NCBI GenBank assembly: GCA_041690135.1
Contig: JAWLHY010000003.1
Coordinates: forward strand, 320,001 to 384,000
Length of the DNA stretch: 64,000 nt
Source: Armatimonadota bacterium
Lineage (GTDB): Bacteria; Armatimonadota; SYMT01
Direction: 5' to 3'
Below are positions 35,157-45,094 of this stretch, in pieces (position 1 is the stretch's first letter; each line of letters opens with the position of its first letter). The translations under genes and the position numbers were made by a program. Under the pieces are notes generated by a model. The model saw nothing but the letters and a program-made list of their open reading frames with translations, was not told the origin of the DNA and did no database searches.

Positions 35157-35263
35157 GGAACCAATTGTACCGCCCCGCCCCCTGAAGTAAAAGGGGGAAC
35201 GGAAGCGGCCTTCCGACCACTCCCATTCCCCATTCGTCCTTCGCCCCATTCCCGCCAGGAGGG

Positions 35264-36337
35264 CTACTTCTTCGGCGGCGTGTTGTTGTTGCGGATCGTT
35301 TCACGAGACCCGGCAACCTGTTCCGTCTCTGTTCCGGCCGGAACGGGAACCAGCACGCTCGCGCCCGGCACCACCAGATCGGGTGCCTGGGCCGCGGTCG
35401 TGAGGCGACCGTCGCTCCCGAAGAAGAAGACGTTCTCGATCGGATAGCGCTCCGTGCGCACCTCCCCGTTGAGCGTGATCCGCACCTGCGCACCCGTGGC
35501 GCCCAGCCGGATCAGTTCCCCTTCTGTAATCGCGCGGTTCTCCATCACGTCCTGGATCTGGCGGCTCGCCCGCAGCTCCATCGCCGTTACGACGCCCGTG
35601 TCCACCACCAGGGGATCCGTGGTTTCCTGACGCGATCCAGCTACCAGCTCCTGGCCGACGTTCGTTCCCGGAACCACCGCCACCTCGGTCGGGATCCGGG
35701 GGCCCGCTACGGGAGCGCTACGGCGAGCGATGGCCGTGCCGTTCAACGCCTGTTGCTGGGCCTGGGCCTGAAGGCGGGCCGCACGAGCTATGCGGTTCGC
35801 GATCACGGCCTGGTTCCACACCGGCGGCACCGCCCCTACGGGCAGTGGCGGCAGGAGCTGTTCGGCCCGCGGGTAGGTTGGGATCCCCGTGCTGAACATT
35901 CCGGGGTAGTAGGGGGAGAAGAAACCGGATCCGGCACCGGGAAAGAAACCGGTCCCGGTGCCGGGGAAGAGCCCGGTCCCCAGGTTATCGAGCGGCGAAC
36001 CGAAAACGTAGCCGGAAGCGGGGAACCCATAGAGGCCGGGCTGGTTTGCGATACCGGCCGCCGGGCTGGGGAACTGGCCCGTGCCGAACGCTCCCAGGGG
36101 CGCGAAGCCGACACCGGGAACAAACTGGAACGGGGTGCTTCCGATAAAGAATGGGTTCACCTGGCTGATGGGCCCCCGGAGCCCCGGCACGTTGGCGATG
36201 GCCGCCCCCGGGCTAGCCGTGATGCCGCCACCCTGGGCGATATTCGGTGCGGCGCCTATGCCTGTACTTATCTGTGCTTGTGCAATGCCGCCGGACAGGG
36301 CCATCACGGCCGCCGGCAGCAGAAAACGCCTGATCAT
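35264..36337 (-). CDS. Hypothetical exported protein (G/P/F-rich)
   Basis: GGAGGGAG SD, signal peptide ending AQA, low-complexity middle region; two copies of VAGSR.E near the C-terminus. Confidence 0.65.
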   Translation of the reverse strand: MIRRFLLPAAVMALSGGIAQAQISTGIGAAPNIAQGGGITASPGAAIANVPGLRGPISQVNPFFIGSTPFQFVPGVGFAPLGAFGTGQFPSPAAGIANQPGLYGFPASGYVFGSPLDNLGTGLFPGTGTGFFPGAGSGFFSPYYPGMFSTGIPTYPRAEQLLPPLPVGAVPPVWNQAVIANRIARAARLQAQAQQQALNGTAIARRSAPVAGPRIPTEVAVVPGTNVGQELVAGSRQETTDPLVVDTGVVTAMELRASRQIQDVMENRAITEGELIRLGATGAQVRITLNGEVRTERYPIENVFFFGSDGRLTTAAQAPDLVVPGASVLVPVPAGTETEQVAGSRETIRNNNTPPKK

Positions 36338-36431
36338 TCCAACTCCCTCCGCAGGCGTGTACTACCGGCCTGCATGGAGTCCGTACCGCTCTCTGCAAGC
36401 TTCCAAACGTTGGCGTTGTCTTACACTCTTG

Positions 36432-37211
36432 TTAAGCAGGCGGGCGGAGTAGCTGCCGGGCAAGGCGGAGATCGGACGGGCGATCGATGTCGGTTCCAAT
36501 CTCCGGATAGGGGGTGACGATCAGCCGGCACCGCACGCCCATCAGGCGGGATGCGCCTTGTTCGATCTGCTCTCGCTGCAGGCGACCGGTGGCGAGGCGG
36601 AGCACGTTTCCGGCGCCGATGAGGCGGGCGAGGTACAGGGGATTCTTGCGCCGGAGGTAGGCCTCGCGGACCGCCTCGACCATCTGAGGGAAGCTGGCCA
36701 GCCGCTGGAACACGGCGTTGCCGCCGGTCACCGTCTCGGCGGAGATGCGGACATAAGTGCGCTTCATCCCGGGGAACCGCTTCTCACAGGCCATCCGGGG
36801 GATCGCCGCGTAACAACAGTCCGCCCTCGCTTCCCGGCAGCGCCGCACGTAATCGTCCACGGCGGTTGGGTGGAGAAATGGAATGTCCGCCGTCACGAGG
36901 AGGGCGAACTCCGCGTCGCCACAGCGGCTGAGACCGGCCTGGATGTTTTCCGGCAGGCTTCCTTCCGCCGCTATCTGGTCGTCGATGCCGGGCAGCGAGG
37001 GAAATCCGGGCGGGGCGACGAGCAGGATCCGCCCGATGGTGCTCGCCTCACGAAGCGCCTCGACAACGTAGCGTACCATGGGCCAGCCGTTGATATCGGC
37101 CAGCGCGCGCTGGGGAACGCCGGCTTCCTCGGCAAAGTCCGGGTGGGTCTTGCCGCCCGCGAGCACCAGTGCCGGGATGCGGGCATCCAACGAGAGAGGA
37201 GATGAAGGCAT
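36432..37211 (-). CDS. Nucleotidyltransferase family protein (MobA-like NTP_transf_3)
   Basis: ALVLAGG, MVRYVVEAL, TADIPF and DIDRPSDL. Confidence 0.8.
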   Translation of the reverse strand: MPSSPLSLDARIPALVLAGGKTHPDFAEEAGVPQRALADINGWPMVRYVVEALREASTIGRILLVAPPGFPSLPGIDDQIAAEGSLPENIQAGLSRCGDAEFALLVTADIPFLHPTAVDDYVRRCREARADCCYAAIPRMACEKRFPGMKRTYVRISAETVTGGNAVFQRLASFPQMVEAVREAYLRRKNPLYLARLIGAGNVLRLATGRLQREQIEQGASRLMGVRCRLIVTPYPEIGTDIDRPSDLRLARQLLRPPA

Positions 37212-37220
37212 TTGGGGATG

Positions 37221-38381
37221 TTAGCTGTTGACCTCGCGCAGCTCGCCGTCGCGCACCTGGTAGACACACGCTTCCCGGAGCACGGAAGACGGCAAGAGCT
37301 CCCGGTCGGTGGTGGAGAGGAAGGTTTGACAGTTGCCGAGCGTTACATCGAAGATATGGGCTCGGCGCCGGGCATCCAGCTCGCTGAAAACGTCGTCGAG
37401 GAGGCAGACCGGCGGCTCCCCGGCCAGTTCCCGCATCAACTCCACTTCGGCCAGCTTGGCGGCGAGGGCCACCGTCCGTTGCTGTCCCTGGCTGCCGTAG
37501 ACCCGCACGTCGCGACCGTTGACCAGGAACAGCACGTCGTCCCGGTGGGGGCCTACCAGCGAGACCTGTCGCCGGAACTCTTCCTCCCGCACCCCGTTCA
37601 GGGCGGCCCGGAACGCCTCCTGCGTCGGCTCGAGGCCCTCGGCTTCCCGCGCAGACATGGTGCCGAGGGTCTCGGGCACCTTGAAGCAGGGGCGGTAGGC
37701 AATGGTCAACCGCTCCGACTGCTCCGTGAGGAGTCCGTGGATCGGCAACGCGTATTCGGAGAGGTGCTGCAGGAACTGGTGGCGGCGCAGCGCCAGGCGG
37801 CTGCCGTAAGTGATGAGCTGCTCCGTCCAGGCGCCCAGGTTATCTTCCAGGGTGGCCCGCAGCGACCGGTCGCGGGCGAGCTTCAGGAGCCGGTTTCGCT
37901 GCTCCACCACCTTCCGGTAGCAGGAGAGAGCGTGGCAGTAGCTTGGGCTGAGCTGTGAGATCTCCAGATCGAGGAACCGCCGCCGCCGGGAGGGTTCCCC
38001 GCGGACCACCTCCAGGTCCGAGAGGCTGAAGGCCACCGCCTTGAGTTGTCCTACGAAATCCATCGCCCGCGTGACGCGGATGGTGTTGACCACCAACGAC
38101 TTTTTCTCGGTCTGGCTCAAAGCCACTTCCAGGTCGACGTCGTTCGCTTTCTCCCGGAGTACCTGGCCCATTACCACCGCGGCCGGGGCATCCCACCGCA
38201 CCATCTCGGTGTCTTTGCTCCCCCGCATCGACTTGCTGGTGGCCAGGAGGTAGACGGCTTCGAGAAGGGTGGTTTTGCCCTGGGCATTCCCGCCCACCAG
38301 CACGTTCAGCGAGGGCCCGAATTCCCGCTGGAACGAGGGGTAGTTGCGGAACTGCTGGAGTGTGAGATGGCGCAGGAGCAA
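37221..38381 (-). CDS. recF: DNA replication/repair protein RecF
   Basis: FRNY, GGNAQGKTTLLEA, RRRFLD, GPHRDD, SQGQQR and LLDDVFSELD. Confidence 0.96.
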   Translation of the reverse strand: MLLRHLTLQQFRNYPSFQREFGPSLNVLVGGNAQGKTTLLEAVYLLATSKSMRGSKDTEMVRWDAPAAVVMGQVLREKANDVDLEVALSQTEKKSLVVNTIRVTRAMDFVGQLKAVAFSLSDLEVVRGEPSRRRRFLDLEISQLSPSYCHALSCYRKVVEQRNRLLKLARDRSLRATLEDNLGAWTEQLITYGSRLALRRHQFLQHLSEYALPIHGLLTEQSERLTIAYRPCFKVPETLGTMSAREAEGLEPTQEAFRAALNGVREEEFRRQVSLVGPHRDDVLFLVNGRDVRVYGSQGQQRTVALAAKLAEVELMRELAGEPPVCLLDDVFSELDARRRAHIFDVTLGNCQTFLSTTDRELLPSSVLREACVYQVRDGELREVNS

Positions 38382-38524
38382 AGGTGAAAGCCTGGGAACG
38401 ACGCGGCCCGGCGCCGCACCGGGGTTATACTAGCGGATGGGTTCCCCGGCGTAAAGCGGCGCAAGACCGACCGGATTGCACTTCCCGCCCCGAGGTGGCA
38501 GTTGGCCTTCAGGGGGCATCCGTT

Positions 38525-39235
38525 ATGAACCAAAGCGTAAACCGCGTGTGCTGGCTGCTGACGCTCTTCGCCGTGATCGGTGGAACCGGGGTGGGCCACA
38601 CCGCCGACTCGACGGAAGCGCGGCTGACGAAGGCAAAACTGAAGCGCGGAAAGCTCGCCGGCGCGCGGGCCGCCGGGGCCGATCTCCGGGAAGTCCGCTT
38701 GCCGGGCGAGAATCTGACGCGGGCCGATCTCAGCCGGGCGCGTCTCTACCGGGCGGATCTCAACCGGGCCAAGCTGGGCTACGTCAATTTCCGCAACGCG
38801 GACCTCACCAATGCCAACCTGGCCTACTCCCGGATGGGTTACGCCACCCTGCTCTCCACGACCCTTAGCGGAGCCGACCTTACCGCGGCCGATCTCACCA
38901 GCGCCAATCTCTCCAACGCCAATCTCGTGGGAACCGAGCTCAGCGGGGCCATTCTTACGGGGGCTATCCTGAGCTGGGCCAACTGTACCGGCGCCCGGTT
39001 GACCCGGTGCAATCTCCGGCGGGCCAAGTTCAACTACACGGACTTGCGGCGCGCGGACCTTACGGAGGCGTCGCTCGCCGGCGCGGACCTGCAGACGGCC
39101 AAGCTCAACTACGCGCGGATGCGCGGCGCCACTTACGACGAGTCGACGAAGTGGCCGCCCGAATTCCGGCCCGATCTACAGGGGCTCCGCTTCGAATCCG
39201 GCAATCCCCTGGCCAAGCCTCCCGGCACCAAATAA
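38525..39235 (+). CDS. Exported pentapeptide repeat protein
   Basis: Hydrophobic signal-like N-terminus, a long A(D/N)LXX array and a C-terminal GATYDESTKWP. Confidence 0.85.
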   Translation: MNQSVNRVCWLLTLFAVIGGTGVGHTADSTEARLTKAKLKRGKLAGARAAGADLREVRLPGENLTRADLSRARLYRADLNRAKLGYVNFRNADLTNANLAYSRMGYATLLSTTLSGADLTAADLTSANLSNANLVGTELSGAILTGAILSWANCTGARLTRCNLRRAKFNYTDLRRADLTEASLAGADLQTAKLNYARMRGATYDESTKWPPEFRPDLQGLRFESGNPLAKPPGTK

Positions 39236-39244
39236 GGTCCTGGG

Positions 39245-39763
39245 TCAGTACTCGATCAAGCTGCAGATATCGTAGCCTTCGAGCACGTCACGGCCGTTGA
39301 GGAAGCCGAGCTCCACCAGGAACGATAGGCCGATCACTTCGCCGCCGAGCTTCTCCGCCAGGCCGATTGCCGCCGCGCAGGTGCCGCCGGTGGCCAGCAG
39401 GTCGTCCACCACGAGCACCCGCTGCCCGGGCCGAATGGCGTCCTTTTGCATCTCCACGGTGTTGGTCCCGTACTCCAGGGCATACTCCAGCCGGATCGTC
39501 TCCCCCGGGAGTTTGCCGAGCTTGCGCACAGGGACGAAACCGGCGCCCAGGGCCAGCGCCAGGGGCGCCCCGAAGACGAAGCCGCGCGACTCGATGCCGA
39601 CCACCACATCCACCCGCTTATCGCGGCCATAGTCCAGCATGCGGTCGATGACTTCCTGGAAGGCTGCCGGGTGCTGCAGCACCGGGGTGATGTCCTTGAA
39701 TACGATTCCGGCTTTCGGGAAGTCCTTGACGTCCCGGATCAAGCGCTTGGCCAACAGCTCCAT
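39245..39763 (-). CDS. apt: Adenine phosphoribosyltransferase
   Basis: [24 protein letters not shown] and [10 protein letters not shown]. Confidence 0.97.
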   Translation of the reverse strand: MELLAKRLIRDVKDFPKAGIVFKDITPVLQHPAAFQEVIDRMLDYGRDKRVDVVVGIESRGFVFGAPLALALGAGFVPVRKLGKLPGETIRLEYALEYGTNTVEMQKDAIRPGQRVLVVDDLLATGGTCAAAIGLAEKLGGEVIGLSFLVELGFLNGRDVLEGYDICSLIEY

Positions 39764-39787
39764 GAAACAGGTCTCTCCATCCGCCCA

Positions 39788-40834
<1,047 letters not shown>

Positions 40835-40841
40835 TTTGGAA

Positions 40842-41633
40842 TTACCCGACTACGGCGCGGCGTGCCTCTTCTTCGCACGCGCACGCGCGGTCTCCGGAGA
40901 GTTGGGGGAGCATCGAACGAATCAGGCTCTGAACCTTGCCGACGTTCTCGTGAAACACGCGGAAGACCTCGTCGATGGAGACGGGCTCGCGCCCCTGGGC
41001 AATGCCGGTATCGTAATCGGTCACGAGCGCGATACCGGTGTAGCAGAGGCCCAGCTCACGCGCCAGGATCGCCTCCGGATACTGGGTCATGCCCACCACG
41101 TCCCAGCCCTCGCGGGTGAACCAGGCGCTTTCCGCGCGGGTGGAGAACCGCGGGCCCTGAATGGTGACCATCGTCCCCGTTTCGTGGACTGTAATCCCCT
41201 GCTCGCGGGCCGTTTCGATGGCGACCTGGCGCAGGCGGGAGCAGTACGGCTCGGCCGCGCCGATGTGGTGGGTCTCCGGCCCGTTGAAAAAGGTATCGGC
41301 TCGCCCGCGCGTCCGGTCGATGAACTGGTCGAGGATGACGAAGTCGCCGGGATGGATGTGGGTCTGGAGGCTACCACAGGAGCAGGGCGCCAGGATCTCC
41401 TTGACCCCCAGTTCCTTGAAAGCCCAGATGTTGGCGCGGTAGTTGACCGCATGAGCAGGAACGGAGTGGTCGCGACCGTGCCGGGGGAGGAAGGCGACCC
41501 GCTTCCCTTCCAGAGTCGCGATGGCCAGTTTGTCGCTGGTAGGGCCGTAGGGGGTGTGGACCCGCACCTCTTCCACGTCCGGAAGGAACGAGTAGAAGCC
41601 GGAGCCGCCGAAAATACCGATGTCTGCGTGCAT
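40842..41633 (-). CDS. mtnP: S-methyl-5'-thioadenosine phosphorylase
   Basis: IGIFGGSG, RHG, NYRANIWA, GPRFSTRAES, VGMT..PEA.LARE and TDYD. Confidence 0.93.
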   Translation of the reverse strand: MHADIGIFGGSGFYSFLPDVEEVRVHTPYGPTSDKLAIATLEGKRVAFLPRHGRDHSVPAHAVNYRANIWAFKELGVKEILAPCSCGSLQTHIHPGDFVILDQFIDRTRGRADTFFNGPETHHIGAAEPYCSRLRQVAIETAREQGITVHETGTMVTIQGPRFSTRAESAWFTREGWDVVGMTQYPEAILARELGLCYTGIALVTDYDTGIAQGREPVSIDEVFRVFHENVGKVQSLIRSMLPQLSGDRACACEEEARRAVVG

Positions 41634-41636
41634 ACG

Positions 41637-42539
41637 TTAGCGTCCGAAAGCCATGATCAGGGCACAGGTCACCGTCCAGAGGATTCCGCAAATGAGGAGC
41701 GGGCGGTCCTCGAACAACTCCGCGGAAGGATCGCCTCCCTTGCCGTGCCGGTGCATGAGTTGCAGGAAGCGCAAGATCCCATACAGCACGTAGGGAATGG
41801 TCAGCATCATCAGGGGGCGCTCCCGCGCGGTTTGCGACGTGAAGGTATAGAGCATATACGCCATCAGCGTGCAGCCGGTGATGATGCCGATCATTTGATC
41901 CAGCATCGGGACGGTGTATTCCTCCAGGATCTTGCGGTGGCCGCGGGCGTCGTCGAGGGTAACGAGCTCGTTGCGGCGCTTACCCAATCCGATCAGGAGG
42001 GCGCCCAGCAAGGTACAGATGAGGAGCCAGGGGCTGATTTCCACGGCGATCACCACCGCTCCCGCAGCGGCCCGGATCACGTAGCAGCTCGCCAGGGCCA
42101 TCACGTCGATCAACACCTGGTGTTTGAGCCACACCGAGTAAGCGAGCGTCACGGCGACGTACACCACGGAGACGATCGCGAACTGCGGGCCGAGCAAAAG
42201 CGCTCCTGCCAGCCCGCCCAGCGCCAGGATCACCGCCATGGCCAGCGCCGTAGGTACCGATACAAACCCGGCAGCAATGGGGCGGCGGCATTTCTTGGGA
42301 TGTCTCCGGTCCTGCTCCAGGTCGCACACGTCGTTGACCAGGTAAATGGAGCTGGCGAGCGCGCAGAAGACCCCGATGCCCGCGATCACCCGCAACCAGT
42401 GCGCCCACGGGTGGCCCTGGTCCAGCGTAAAGACGATGCCTGCCAGCAGCACGACATTCTTCACCCACTGCTTCGGGCGCAGGGCCAGAAACATGGCGAG
42501 CGGCAGGACGGGGGCTTTCATCGGGACGTCGGTGACCAT
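41637..42539 (-). CDS. Decaprenyl-phosphate phosphoribosyltransferase (UbiA family)
   Basis: LRPKQWVKN, YLVNDVCDLEQDRRHPKK.RPIA, GKRRNEL and YGILRF..G.DP. Confidence 0.88.
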   Translation of the reverse strand: MVTDVPMKAPVLPLAMFLALRPKQWVKNVVLLAGIVFTLDQGHPWAHWLRVIAGIGVFCALASSIYLVNDVCDLEQDRRHPKKCRRPIAAGFVSVPTALAMAVILALGGLAGALLLGPQFAIVSVVYVAVTLAYSVWLKHQVLIDVMALASCYVIRAAAGAVVIAVEISPWLLICTLLGALLIGLGKRRNELVTLDDARGHRKILEEYTVPMLDQMIGIITGCTLMAYMLYTFTSQTARERPLMMLTIPYVLYGILRFLQLMHRHGKGGDPSAELFEDRPLLICGILWTVTCALIMAFGR

Positions 42540-42573
42540 GGGCTTGGGTGAGGTGGAGTGGACCTTTGCGGAA

Positions 42574-43659
42574 TCAGGTCAGGTGAAGTTCACTATCGTC
42601 GCCAAGCAGGAGTCGAAGGGCGGCGGGGCGGGTGTCGCCGCGGACGATCTTCACGCTGCGGCCGATCAGGCTGTCTTCGATGCGCTGGCCCGGAGAGTCG
42701 ATGCAGCTCCGGTCGAGAATAATACTGTGTTCCACTTCGGCGCAGTTGATGCGGACCCCATCGCTGATACTGGTATACGGGCCGACAAACGTATCCACCA
42801 GCCGGCACCCCGCGCCAATCACGGCGGGGCCGCGCACGTTGCTGCGGATCAGCTCGGTACCCGGTCCGATCTGCACCCGGCCTGTTACCCGGCTCTCGGC
42901 ATCCACGCTGCCTTCGTTCCGCGCCTGGATCTCGTCGAGCACCACCCGGTTTGCCTCCAGCATGTCGTCCTTCTTACCGGTGTCCAGCCACCACCCCTGG
43001 TGCACGTGGCTGCGCACCTGCCGGCCCGTATCGATGAGCCGCTGGATGGCATCCGTGATTTCCAGTTCACCGCGCGCGGACGGCTTGAGCGTCTCGATGA
43101 CCTCGTGAACGGCGGGAGAGAACAGGTACACGCCGACCAGCGCCAGATTACTCTTCGGATTCTGAGGCTTTTCCTCCAGGCTGAGAATCCGGCCGTCCGC
43201 CGCCAGTTCGGCGACCCCGAAGCTGCGCGGGTTCTCCACCGGCTTGAGCAGGATCAGGGCGTCGACGCGCTGCGACTGAAACTCTTCCACCAGCGAGGTC
43301 ACCCCATGCTGGATCAGATTGTCGCCCAGGAACATGATGAACGGGTCCTGACCGAGGAATTCCCTCGCCGTCCATACGGCGTGCGCCAGTCCCAGGGGGT
43401 CCGGCTGGTGGATGTAGGTGATGCGGGCATCGAAACGGGAGCCGTCGCCCAGGGCCGCCATCACCTCCTGGCGGGTGTCGCCGACAATGACGCCGATATC
43501 GGTGACGCCGGCCGCGCGGATCGCCTCGATGGCGTAATGCAGAATCGGCTTATTCGCCACCGGGATGAGTTGCTTGGCGCTGGTATAGGTCAGGGGGCGG
43601 AGGCGCGTGCCTTTCCCGCCGGCGAGGACCAGGGCTTTCATGGGGTGTTCCTCCGCCAT
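42574..43659 (-). CDS. rfbA: Glucose-1-phosphate thymidylyltransferase, long form
   Basis: LAGGKGTRLRPLT..AKQL.PVANKP, GLAHAV, EKP, SARGELEITDAI and W.DTG, with a C-terminal beta-helix. Confidence 0.92.
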   Translation of the reverse strand: MAEEHPMKALVLAGGKGTRLRPLTYTSAKQLIPVANKPILHYAIEAIRAAGVTDIGVIVGDTRQEVMAALGDGSRFDARITYIHQPDPLGLAHAVWTAREFLGQDPFIMFLGDNLIQHGVTSLVEEFQSQRVDALILLKPVENPRSFGVAELAADGRILSLEEKPQNPKSNLALVGVYLFSPAVHEVIETLKPSARGELEITDAIQRLIDTGRQVRSHVHQGWWLDTGKKDDMLEANRVVLDEIQARNEGSVDAESRVTGRVQIGPGTELIRSNVRGPAVIGAGCRLVDTFVGPYTSISDGVRINCAEVEHSIILDRSCIDSPGQRIEDSLIGRSVKIVRGDTRPAALRLLLGDDSELHLT

Positions 43660-43661
43660 TG

Positions 43662-44525
43662 TTACAGTTCTCCGTTGTCACGGAGTTCCTGGACGAACCG
43701 GGCGAGACCTTCTTGCCAGGGAGGCAGGTCATCGGCGCCCATCAATTCTAACGCGTATCGCCGCAGCGTGCTCCGCGCCGGCCGCCGCGCCGGGGTCGGC
43801 CACTCCTCGGAGCGGATGGGGGTGATGGGGACTTCCTCCAGGTCCGCCAGCCGCAGGGCCTCCGCCGCCCACGCATGCCGCGCGCATTCCCCGGCGTTGT
43901 TGATGTGGTAAAGACCATCCACCGGTGTCTCGACCAGCCACCGCAGCTTGGCGGCCAGGTGCGGGGTGTAGGTAGGGGTGCCGAACTGGTCGGAGACGAC
44001 TCGGAGGCCCCCTTCGGGGCGTTTCCGCGCCGCATCCAGAATCGCGCGGGGGAAACTCTTACCCTGCCGTCCGTAAAGCCACTGGGTCCGCACCACGCTG
44101 GCACGACAGCCGGCCCGGAAGACGGCGGTTTCACCGGCCAGCTTGGAGGCCCCGTAAACACTGATCGGCGCAGTAGGGTCCCACTCCGTATAGGGACGGT
44201 CCGTCTCCCCGGAAAAGACGAAGTCGGTGCTGACGTGGATCAGCCGGGCGTCCAGGACGGCACAGGCGGCCGCGGCCGCCCAGGCCCCCCAGGCGTTGAC
44301 CCGGTAGGCCCAATCCGGCTCGGATTCGCACCGGTCCACATGGGTGGCCGCGGCGCAATTGATCACCACCTCCGGCCGGATCTCCTCCAGGCGTTGCCGG
44401 AGCCTCGCTCCATCGGTGACATCGGCATCGGTACTGCCCAGGGCCACAACCTCGTGGCCTTCTTCCAGGATCGGGCAGAGATCCCGGCCCAGCATTCCGC
44501 GGGCCCCCAATACGGCGATTCGCAC
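43662..44525 (-). CDS. rfbD: dTDP-4-dehydrorhamnose reductase
   Basis: GARGMLG, NCAA.T.VD..E, STDFVF, YGASK and DQFGTPT. Confidence 0.94.
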   Translation of the reverse strand: MRIAVLGARGMLGRDLCPILEEGHEVVALGSTDADVTDGARLRQRLEEIRPEVVINCAAATHVDRCESEPDWAYRVNAWGAWAAAAACAVLDARLIHVSTDFVFSGETDRPYTEWDPTAPISVYGASKLAGETAVFRAGCRASVVRTQWLYGRQGKSFPRAILDAARKRPEGGLRVVSDQFGTPTYTPHLAAKLRWLVETPVDGLYHINNAGECARHAWAAEALRLADLEEVPITPIRSEEWPTPARRPARSTLRRYALELMGADDLPPWQEGLARFVQELRDNGEL

Positions 44526-44634
44526 TCCGTGCTTCCCTCCTCGGCACGCCGGCCCCGCGGCCGGCCCCGGTGCTTAGTATGGTGCAAAGGCGACCGTTCT
44601 GCATGCCGGGAGGGCGGAGAGGGGAGGGTGGAGG

Positions 44635-44971
44635 GTAGGAGCGCGGGCGTCCCGCCCGCCAGTGATGGTGGAGGTGTAGGGTAGCGTGGGCGTCTCGCCC
44701 GGCAGAGGAAGTGGAAGCGTAGAGTGGGGCGGGCGTCCCGCCCGCCAAGATGGTGGGGAGTAGGACGCGTGGTCGTTGATCCTACGATGAGCACCCGTGC
44801 CGGAGAACGGATCTGTAGGGGCATCGGCTCTGGTTGCCCTGTCTGATGTGAGATGAGTGCGTGCAAGACCGCAGCCAACCAGGAAACTGGAGCGGGCTAA
44901 CTGCGGGCCCGTGTGCCCTGGGTGGTGATAGGTGGACGGGGAGGGGTGGAGCGCGGGCGTCTCGCCCGCCC
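44635..44971 (+). repeat. REP-like cluster: four family A palindromes and other GTAG-headed hairpins
   Basis: gcgggcgtc(c/t)cgccc(g)c at about 44641, 44681, 44724 and 44946, each preceded by GTAG or GTGG. Confidence 0.8.
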
Positions 44972-45094
44972 AGGGCACGATCAGGATCACAATACGGGTG
45001 ATGAACACAGAAGGGGGAAGGGGGCCGCACTACCCGGCTCCCTTCCCCCTTCTTCCCATCGATCAGACGACTTGCATCCGTTCGATGGCCACCG

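Noticed and set aside
40836-43911. Long plus-strand ORFs of 571 and 521 aa
   Set aside because: Antisense to the well-supported mtnP, DPPR synthase and rfbA genes.
44635-44971. Possible CRISPR array (also considered at 17001-17180)
   Set aside because: Repeats are degenerate, spacers are irregular and there are no cas genes; REP-like elements fit better.
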